In this document: positions 34,566 to 43,288 of the stretch, in pieces
How positions within the stretch are numbered: the stretch's first letter is position 1
Layout: each line of letters opens with the position of its first letter
The notes under the pieces: model-generated
Database searches by the model: none
Told to the model about the DNA's origin: nothing
Seen by the model: the letters and a program-made list of their open reading frames with translations, nothing else
Assembly (NCBI GenBank): GCA_043228905.1
Contig: JBHGNT010000015.1
Location: 16,182,001 to 16,246,000 of the forward strand
Source: Azolla caroliniana
Taxonomy: Eukaryota; Plantae; Polypodiophyta
Length of the DNA stretch: 64,000 bases
Direction: 5' to 3'
Program-made: the position numbers and the translations under genes

Positions 34566-36545
34566 TTGTAAGCCAAAATGTATGTTTTCATGACAACGCA
34601 GTGCATACGTAGTACTTCTTCCTTTCTATTCTAGACTTGTCATAGTAAAAACTAGGGTTTAAAATTGAAACTTGAGTCTTCAAAGTTAGAGTGAAAAATT
34701 AGAGGTATGTTTGAACTTTGAACCTTTAAACTGAAATCAATAAATCGTCAAGCCGCCAAACAGTGAAATTCAAAACCAAACCGAACTATCACATTTTAAA
34801 TCAAACCAAACAATTTATTTGTATTTGAACCGATAAACCGTTAATTCATGGTTTAATTGTTCAATTCAGTTTGAGCCAAAACCAGGCCCATTGCTATTTG
34901 CTCCCATGCAATTCTAGAAAATCAATGTGAGAGAATTGTTTGAACCTTCATCATATACTCAATAACCCTTTCCATTGGTTGTGATCTCAATGGGAAGATA
35001 TCCCATATCAAGAAGTAGAAAATGTGTATTTGATACCAACAATTAGAATCTTAATTAATGTTAAGAAAAATTAACAGGGAACGATAGGAAGAAATTGTGT
35101 GAGTCTACCTAACCACTTCCTGGCGAAGGTGAGAGATAGATCCAAGTCCCTTGTCGGTGTCCCATACCACAGTGTACGAAAAGAACATGAACTTAAGGGC
35201 ATCTAGAGTTTGGAATCCGTCATGAAAAGAACGTGTGAAGGGCAAGTGTGACTTCAAAGTACATCAATTAAATTTAGAGTGACAAAGAATGATATAATAT
35301 ATTGTGAGCCAAAAAATAGGGTTTGTGATCCTACCATTGATAAAAAAAGGTAGGAAGCTAAAGCAAGGTAACAACTTAAAGCCATAAAAAGGAAGAAGAA
35401 AAAGTAAAGACAAATAACCAAAACAAGAGAATGAGATTATACAAGCTAAATTGGAAGACAATTGTAATCTCAAATTTCAATGAATATGTAAAACAATTAT
35501 TTACTTGATTGATTCACAATGTCATATTTTCCCAACATAAGAACGATTAATTATATTTTAATTAATCGCAATCATTATGATGTTGTTGCATCAAGGACCC
35601 GTTTTATATTAATCTACACACTTTTACAACACACATTGTGAAAAGGTCAAGATAACAGTTTCTGTTACATTTTCATAATTAACTAAATATTGTTATAAAA
35701 TACTAGTATTTTATCATGGTAATAAATAAAATAGATTTTATGTTAAATCTAGCATAAGAGCATTATCTAATAAATAATAATAACAACAATTTCATGATTA
35801 GGCCAAGACCATCATGCATAAATTAATTTTGAAATTAGAATTGATCAAACGATAATTTCGAATGGAATTCAATGTTAGTAATAAATAAATAAACTACAGA
35901 ATAATGATGTCTACTTGTTCTAAGTTTAAAGTGATTGGTTATCTTAACCTTCTTTGGTGATGTTTTAATAAGGATGTGTGATCTCGTGACAAGGTGTGTG
36001 GTTAACTACAATTAGCTACTATTAAGGATAGTAATAATCGCGATCGTCCAAAGATTAAACTAATTCTCGTAGGTATAAATACATAACAGAGTTAATTATG
36101 ATTTGTAGAAGATCGCTTGAGAGGGAGAGAAGTGATAAAAACTATATAATAACAAGGAGAAGAGATGATAAATAATAAACAACCGTAAGGAGACGTTAGA
36201 GAAGAGGGTTGTTATCAATACGTAGATAAAAAGTGATGATATCTTATGAGATAGAAGCGTTATTCGACGATGTTAAGTGAACTTCAGTGCCAATACATGA
36301 GGTAGTTCTAGTGTGAGACATTTTAGATATGCACATACCTTTAAAAGAAAAAGGACGAAAGAAATAGAGAATTGAAGAAAACAGAAAGAAAAAAGGAGTG
36401 AGATAAACAACTCCCATTTTGTTTTTGTCTTTGAAATAGTAAAAAGAAATGTTAAGCCGAAAAGTTTCCCGATGGGGATACAATAATGGCACGAGTTTAA
36501 AACAGTATAGTCCTTTCGGAATCTCATAGTATCCGAGTTAAGAGT

Positions 36546-36951
36546 ATCCTCACCCCCTTCCAACCCCACCTCTTCTCAAGCATGACTCATTGCTGTCACG
36601 ATTGTTGGACGTGTTTTCAGCATAGGTGCTAAACCGAGAAAGAAAGAAAGAAAGATATTAACGTCTTTTAAGATCAAATTTGGCCCATGAGACAATTGGT
36701 TTACTAGGACAAAAGAGCTCTCGGACCCCCCGCGTTCATCCTCGCTCTCCCACTCATCCTCGCCCCCTTCCAACCCCACCTCTTCTCAAGCATGACTCAT
36801 TGCTGTCACAATTGTTGGACGTGTTTTCAGCATAGGCGCTAAACTGAGAAAGAAAGACATTAACGTCTTTTAAGATCAAATTTGGCCCATGAGACAATTG
36901 GTTTACTAGGACAAAAGAGCTCTCGGACCCCAGCCTTCATCCTTGCTCCCC
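36546..36951. repeat. 210-bp tandem duplication upstream of callose synthase
   Basis: atcctc(a/g)cccccttccaaccccacc... starts at 36546 and 36756. The units are near-identical apart from a (gaaa)n length difference. Confidence 0.9.
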
Positions 36952-37352
36952 CAAAAGGTATGAAAGAGGAAAAAGAAGAAGACGAAGGGCGACCTTATCT
37001 TGGGTCATGTCCCCTCCCTCGTGTCCCGTCCAATGGACCCTACCCACGGTAGAATACATATGTACTTACATTTGCACAACACCTGTCAAGCACACCCCCA
37101 ACCCCCCCCCCCCCCCAATCTCCCTCCCCTGTCACTCTGCTCTACTACTGCAGATTCTGCCTCTCTCTACTCTTCTACTTCTACCACATACATACATACT
37201 CTGCTCCTTCTTGCCTGCCTCTCTACTCTTCTTCTTCTACATACTACTATGTACTTCTACTACTACTCCCTCTTCCACTACACACATTCTCCTCCTCCTC
37301 CTCCTTAAGGCTCCACAATTCTTGCCTCCCTTTTTTTTTTCTCTTGAGCTCA

Positions 37353-37721
37353 GCTATGGAGAAGGGGAGAATCTTAAAGCTTAAGTTGAGTTGAAGTGGT
37401 GAGAGAATTTTGTTTTTGCTTCTTGTAGGAGAATCTTAAAAGAGGAACCCCCCCCCAGCCATGGAATGCAGCAACTCCTAGTTTGGAATTCAGGAGCTGC
37501 TTAATTTTAGTTGAAGTGGTGAGAATTTTTATTTATTTAATTTTTGTTACTTGTAGGAGAAGGGGCTATGGAGAAGGGGAGAATCTTAAAAGAGGCCCCC
37601 CTAGCCATGGAATGCAGCAATTCCCAGCTTTGAATTCAGGAGCTGCTTGAGTTTAGTTGAAGTGGTGAGAGAATTTCCTTCTTTATTTATTTTTTTGTTT
37701 CTTGTAGGAGAAGGGGCTATG
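37353..37721 (+). repeat. Triplicated ~120-150-bp module in the presumed 5' UTR of callose synthase
   Basis: agttgaagtggtgaga...cttgtaggagaa is repeated at ~37389, ~37509 and ~37655. Confidence 0.85.
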
Positions 37722-40700
37722 GCCCCGGCAGGAACTACTACGCCGGCACCTGCAACTGCTGTTGCGGCCTACAACATTTTCCCTCTCGATGAGCAACTGC
37801 TCGAAGATGTGAATCGTGGCGGCACGGAGGAGGAATTGGCCCCGCCTGAAGTGAGAGTGGCTTCGCTCGCCCTCGCCTCAGGCTGGAGCCTCCTCCCCCC
37901 CCCTCCCCCCGAGGCCCTAACCCTATGGCAACAACATGACAAAACCATGGACATATTGAGCTGGCTCGGCACCTACTTCGGCTTCCAAGCCGATAATGTG
38001 AAGAACCAACGCGAACATGTTGTGCTCCTCCTTGCGAATTACGACCTCCGCATGTCTACCCTGCGCTACCACGACAGGATAGATGCCACTGTCCTCCATT
38101 TCCTCCGCCGGAAGACGCTGAAGAACTACACAAATTGGTGCTCTTTCCTCAACAAGAAGCCCAACCTCCGGTTACCCAAAGGATCCAAACCATCTCACCT
38201 TGTGGATGAATGCCATGAGCTTTTGTACACTTGCCTCTACCTTCTCATATGGGGAGAAGCCGCAAACCTCCGGTTCATGCCTGAATGTCTCTGTTTCATC
38301 TTCCATAATATGGCCTCGGAGTTCAACAAAATAATTGAAAGTAGTAGTTCTAACCCCCCATACATAGATGAGGAGACAGGGCTTGGCTTCACCCCCTGCT
38401 CCTATGGTCACAACAACTTCTTGAGTAGGGTCATCGAACCCATCTATAACGCCGTCAAAGGCGAAGCCGAGGCTTCGAACGATGGAAAGGCTCCTCATTC
38501 GGTGTGGCGGAACTACGATGACATGAATGAGTACTTTTGGTCAGATCGATGCTTTACTCAGTTCTCTTGGCCACCCAGAAAAACCTCTAACTATCTTCTC
38601 ACTCCTCAAAAGGAACGCAAGACGAAAGGTCGGATTGCTCGGTTCCCCAGTGAAACTAACACTACCACGTCGAAGAAGGTCGGAAAAACAGGCTATGTGG
38701 AGCAAAGGTCTTTCTGGAACATTTTCCGTAGCTTTGACCATCTGTGGATAGGTCTCATCCTTGTATTTCAGTTCATGATGATTCTTGCATTCAATGGAGA
38801 TGGAATGCCATGGAATACACTATATAATCGAGATGTGCAAGGAGCTTTGTTAACTATTTTCATCACTTGGTCGGGTTTGCGAGCGGTTCAGTCCATCTTA
38901 GATGCAGGGATGCAGTATAGCTTGGTATCAAGAGAGACAAAGCTTCTCAGTGTGCGAATGTTCTTAAAGTCTGTGGTGGCATTCAGTTGGATCATCGTAT
39001 TCTCTGTCATGTTGGCACGCATTTGGCAACAAAGAGAAGCTGATAATGGGTGGTCAATTGAAACCGATCGGAGAGTATTTCAGTTCTCCATAGCTGTTTC
39101 AATATTTGTGCTTCCGGAGATGCTCGGGCTCTTACTATTCGTGCTTCCTTGGATACGGAATTTTGTGGAGAAATCTGAGTGGAGAATCTTCCATGCTCTC
39201 ACTTGGTGGTTCCACACAAGATCATTCGTAGGACGAGGATTGCGTGAAGGAATCATCGACACTTTTAAATACACTTTGTTCTGGGTCCTCGTTCTCTCTT
39301 CGAAGTTCTTCTTCAGCTATTTTCTGCAAGTGAGACCGATGGTCGAACCCACACGACAATTGCTTAATCTCCAAGTTCCGTCTTTTGAATGGCATGAGTT
39401 CTTCAGCAACCAGAATAGGTTTGTCGTGCTATTGCTTTGGGCACCAGTGGTGTTGATATACACAATGGACATACAGATCTGGTACTCTGTTTTTTCGTCT
39501 GGAGTGGGAGCCTTGATCGGGCTCTCCGCTCACATTGGCGAGATTCGCAATGTCGAACAATTGAAGCTGAGATTTCCATTCTTTGCTTGTGCTGTGGGGT
39601 TCAACTTGATGCCAGAGGAGCAGGGTCAAAACCAAGTGGGATCAGAACTAGCCACGACGATGCCCCACCATCGTCTCCTCACCTTATTTCGAAACATGGT
39701 GAGAAGAGTGAAGCTTAGATATGGTCTCACAAGGATTTATACGCGCAAAGAATCATTGAAGTTCACTCGCCTGTGGAATGAGATAATCCACTATTTTCGA
39801 GAGGAGGATCTAGTGAGCGATCATGAAGTTGAATTGCTAGAGATTCCACTAGATACATGGAATGTGAGTGTCATGTTGTGGCCCTCTGTACTGCTGTCCA
39901 ACGAGGTTCTTGTTGCTCTTGGTTTCACACAGAAATGGCATGGTGGCTTGATGTCGCAACTCTGGGCCAAGATTTGCAAGAATGAGTACCGAAGATGTGC
40001 AGTAATCGAGAGTTATGAGAGCTTGAAGCACATGCTCTTGAAGATTTTGCGGGAAGACAGCCAAGAGCACGGATTAGTAGAACATCTCTTCTGGGACATA
40101 GAGGAAAAAATCCGCAGTAACACCTTCTGTAGGGACTACAAGGTTACCGAATTGGTCAATGTTCATGCCCGAGTGGTGGCATTAGTGAAGATATTGTTGG
40201 AGAAACCCGATGGAAAAGCCATCCAAAGAGTGGTAGATGCACTCCAGAACTTATACGAAGTTGTAATTCGAGATTTCCACACAGCAAAGCAAGGGCACGA
40301 GTCTCTAAGGAATGCTGGCTTGGCATTACCTAATAATGAGCTCTTGTTTCTTTATGCTGTCGAGCTTCCGAATGATGATGGTTTCTATCATAGGCTGAGG
40401 AGGATGAATACCACACTCAGCACACACGAAGCTATGAACAATGTACCTAAGAATCTAGATGCGAGGAGACGAATCACGTTCTTTAGCAACTCTCTCTTCA
40501 TGAACATGCCTCGTGCTCCTACCGTCGAGAAAATGCTCTCTTTCAGTGTGCTGACACCATATTATAGTGAAGATGTGATGTACACTAAAGAGCAGTTAAG
40601 AACTCCGAACGAGGATGGAGTGACGATCCTCTTCTACCTCCAAAGCATCTATCCGGACGAGTGGAATAATTTTCTAGAGAGGAAGGGATTACAAAACATA

Positions 40701-43085
40701 GAGAATCCTGAGGGAATCCTTTGGAAAGATCATCTATCAGACCTTAGGTTATGGGCTTCGTATCGAGGGCAAACACTAGCTCGAACCGTACGGGGGATGA
40801 TGTATTATCAACGTGCGCTTGAGACACTCGCAGTACTCGATGGTGTATCAGAAGATGCTCTAAAATATGGAACGGAGATGGACAAACTTAACACAATGTC
40901 GCCTAACGATGGACGCACCACCCAGAGTCCTATGAGCAATATGCTTGAGAGCTCCAACAAGAAAGGTATGGATGCAATGAAGTTCACTTATGTGGCAGCA
41001 TGCCAGATATATGGAAGCCAGAAACAAAAGAGGGATATACGAGCCGATGACATTCTGTTTCTCATGAAACAACATGCGGCCATGCGAGTGGCATATGTCG
41101 ATGAAACGAAAAACAACAAATATTACTCAGTTTTGGTTAAGTATGACAGAGTTCTTAAGAAAGAAGTTGAGATTTACCGGATTCAGCTCCCCGGCCCTCT
41201 CAAGCTCGGAGAAGGGAAACCTGAGAATCAAAACCATGCCCTAATCTTCACTAGGGGTGATGGCGTTCAAACCATTGATATGAATCAAGACAACTACTTT
41301 GAGGAGGCTCTTAAGATGAGGAATTTACTTCAAGAGTTCACTAACCATTACGGTCTTAAGAGGCCGCAGATACTCGGTGTTCGAGAGCATGTTTTTACTG
41401 GCTCTGTCTCTTCCTTGGCATGGTTTATGTCAGCTCAAGAAGCCAGCTTTGTCACATTGGGGCAACGTGTGTTGGCAAATCCATTGAAGGTTAGGATGCA
41501 CTATGGCCACCCAGATGTGTTTGATAGGCTCTGGTTTTTGACAAGAGGTGGAATAAGCAAAGCTTCGCGTGTGATCAATATAAGCGAGGATATCTTCGCC
41601 GGATTCAACTGCACGCTCCGAGGAGGGAATGTGACGCATCACGAATACATTCAAGTCGGGAAAGGCCGAGATGTGGGGTTCAATCAGATAGCTCTCTTCG
41701 AAGCTAAAGTCTCGAGTGGCAATGGTGAACAAGTATTGAGCCGAGATGTCTACCGGCTTGGCCATCGTCTCGATTTCTTCAGGATGCTCTCTTTCTACCA
41801 CACCACCGTCGGCTTCTATATTAACAACATGATAGTCGTGCTCACAGTCTACGCTTTCTTGTGGGGTCGAGTGTACCTGGCATTGAGCGGGTTGGAGGAT
41901 ATGATCTCCGGGAGCCTCAATAGCAAAGCACTTGGAGCATCTTTAAACCAACAATTTGTCGTTCAACTCGGCTTGTTCACAGCATTACCGATGTTGGTGG
42001 AGAATGTACTAGAGATGGGGTTCAGCCGAGCATTGTGGGATTTCCTCACAATGCAACTGGAGCTTTGTTCGCTTTTCTTCACTTTCTCGCTGGGCACAAA
42101 GAGCCACTATTTCGGCCGTACATTACTTCATGGGGGTGCTAAATACCGTGCTACTGGCCGTGGATTTGTGGTGAAAAGAGAAAAGTTTGCCGCGAACTAT
42201 CGTCTCTACGCGAGAAGCCATTTCGTGAAAGGCGTGGAGCTCATCGTGTTGCTAATCATCTATGAAGCATATGGGGGTATCGCATCTGGCACATTCGTGT
42301 ACATTATCCTGACATTCTCGACATGGTTCCTAGCACTCACATGGATCATGGCACCCTTCATCTTCAACCCAACGGGGTTTGATTGGCTACAAACCGTGTA
42401 CGACTTCGAAGACTTCCAAAGCTGGTTGTGGCACAAAGGCGGGGTTCTAACGAAGTCTGACGAGAGCTGGGAAGTGTGGTGGAATGAAGAGCATGACCAC
42501 CTGCGGACCACCGATTTCTGGGGAAGAGTATGGGAGATCTTCCTTAGCTTAAGGTTCTTCCTCATCCAATATGGCATGGTGTATAGGCTACACATAACCA
42601 ATGGGAACAAGAGTGTGGTTGTCTACTTCATCTCGTGGGTCGTCATCATATGTGCGATGACGCTTTGCGTGATCTTGGGTGTCGCCGCGAACAAATACGC
42701 GGCTAAGAATCATCTCTACTACAGATCAATACAGCTCCTGGCAGTCATGTTTGTGGCCATTGTTTTTGTGTTGTTGGCCGAGCTAACCCCATTCCAGTTC
42801 ATTGATCTCTTCCTCGGCTCCCTGGCCTTCGTGCCCACAGGCTGGGGCCTCCTCTCGATCGCCCTCGTCTTGAAGCCGTTCTTGGCTGACACGCATGTGT
42901 GGCCTGTCCTCGTCTCGATCGCGAGGCTCTACGAGCTCGCCTTAGCCATCGCGGTGCTCGTCCCGCTCGCCATCTTCTCGTGGATGCCCGGCTTCCAAGC
43001 GATGCAAACCCGCATCCTCTTCAACCAAGCCTTCAGTAGGGGCCTTCAGATGTCGAGGATTGTCGCCGGAAAGAAGATCTCGTGA
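37719..43085 (+). CDS. CALS12: Callose synthase (1,3-beta-glucan synthase, GT48), single coding exon, GSL1/GSL5 (CALS11/12)-like, 1788 aa
   Basis: Long ORF with FGFQADNVKNQREH, WGEAANLRFMPECL, GEGKPENQNHA, QTIDMNQDNY, RMHYGHPDVFDR, SEDIFAG, QVGKGRD and many TM helices. No Vta1 N-terminus. First ATG is at 37719. The symbol denotes clade similarity only. Confidence 0.95.
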   Translation: MAPAGTTTPAPATAVAAYNIFPLDEQLLEDVNRGGTEEELAPPEVRVASLALASGWSLLPPPPPEALTLWQQHDKTMDILSWLGTYFGFQADNVKNQREHVVLLLANYDLRMSTLRYHDRIDATVLHFLRRKTLKNYTNWCSFLNKKPNLRLPKGSKPSHLVDECHELLYTCLYLLIWGEAANLRFMPECLCFIFHNMASEFNKIIESSSSNPPYIDEETGLGFTPCSYGHNNFLSRVIEPIYNAVKGEAEASNDGKAPHSVWRNYDDMNEYFWSDRCFTQFSWPPRKTSNYLLTPQKERKTKGRIARFPSETNTTTSKKVGKTGYVEQRSFWNIFRSFDHLWIGLILVFQFMMILAFNGDGMPWNTLYNRDVQGALLTIFITWSGLRAVQSILDAGMQYSLVSRETKLLSVRMFLKSVVAFSWIIVFSVMLARIWQQREADNGWSIETDRRVFQFSIAVSIFVLPEMLGLLLFVLPWIRNFVEKSEWRIFHALTWWFHTRSFVGRGLREGIIDTFKYTLFWVLVLSSKFFFSYFLQVRPMVEPTRQLLNLQVPSFEWHEFFSNQNRFVVLLLWAPVVLIYTMDIQIWYSVFSSGVGALIGLSAHIGEIRNVEQLKLRFPFFACAVGFNLMPEEQGQNQVGSELATTMPHHRLLTLFRNMVRRVKLRYGLTRIYTRKESLKFTRLWNEIIHYFREEDLVSDHEVELLEIPLDTWNVSVMLWPSVLLSNEVLVALGFTQKWHGGLMSQLWAKICKNEYRRCAVIESYESLKHMLLKILREDSQEHGLVEHLFWDIEEKIRSNTFCRDYKVTELVNVHARVVALVKILLEKPDGKAIQRVVDALQNLYEVVIRDFHTAKQGHESLRNAGLALPNNELLFLYAVELPNDDGFYHRLRRMNTTLSTHEAMNNVPKNLDARRRITFFSNSLFMNMPRAPTVEKMLSFSVLTPYYSEDVMYTKEQLRTPNEDGVTILFYLQSIYPDEWNNFLERKGLQNIENPEGILWKDHLSDLRLWASYRGQTLARTVRGMMYYQRALETLAVLDGVSEDALKYGTEMDKLNTMSPNDGRTTQSPMSNMLESSNKKGMDAMKFTYVAACQIYGSQKQKRDIRADDILFLMKQHAAMRVAYVDETKNNKYYSVLVKYDRVLKKEVEIYRIQLPGPLKLGEGKPENQNHALIFTRGDGVQTIDMNQDNYFEEALKMRNLLQEFTNHYGLKRPQILGVREHVFTGSVSSLAWFMSAQEASFVTLGQRVLANPLKVRMHYGHPDVFDRLWFLTRGGISKASRVINISEDIFAGFNCTLRGGNVTHHEYIQVGKGRDVGFNQIALFEAKVSSGNGEQVLSRDVYRLGHRLDFFRMLSFYHTTVGFYINNMIVVLTVYAFLWGRVYLALSGLEDMISGSLNSKALGASLNQQFVVQLGLFTALPMLVENVLEMGFSRALWDFLTMQLELCSLFFTFSLGTKSHYFGRTLLHGGAKYRATGRGFVVKREKFAANYRLYARSHFVKGVELIVLLIIYEAYGGIASGTFVYIILTFSTWFLALTWIMAPFIFNPTGFDWLQTVYDFEDFQSWLWHKGGVLTKSDESWEVWWNEEHDHLRTTDFWGRVWEIFLSLRFFLIQYGMVYRLHITNGNKSVVVYFISWVVIICAMTLCVILGVAANKYAAKNHLYYRSIQLLAVMFVAIVFVLLAELTPFQFIDLFLGSLAFVPTGWGLLSIALVLKPFLADTHVWPVLVSIARLYELALAIAVLVPLAIFSWMPGFQAMQTRILFNQAFSRGLQMSRIVAGKKIS

Positions 43086-43288
43086 TGGTTTCGAGCTCCC
43101 TCGGATCCCCGACTACTTTGACAATGTAAAATCACGGTGTTGTTCGATCCGACCGGACAACCCATAGCAAGTTATTTACCAGAAGGTGAAATTGGTAGTA
43201 GGAAGCTTAGTTTAGCTTAGTGCGCTCGTGGATTGCCCTTTGTGACCATAGATTTGAGGCCTAGGGTTTCCTAGATCCACTCCTAATT

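Larger units (their letters stand above)
19070..34595 (-). mobile_element. Gypsy chromovirus element E, degenerate, host of a solo LTR and Copia H
   Basis: U3 parts of LTRs end tgaca at 19338 and 34595. PPT (aaaaggggggaataa) adjoins 19338. Chromodomain/integrase 19400-21700, RNase H 33224-33577, RT 33791-34156 (YLDD). Gag/PR deleted. Left end approximate. Confidence 0.88.

Noticed and set aside
37647-37718. 24-aa N-terminal extension of callose synthase from the ORF track
   Set aside because: Starts at TTG inside the repeated leader module. The first ATG is at 37719.
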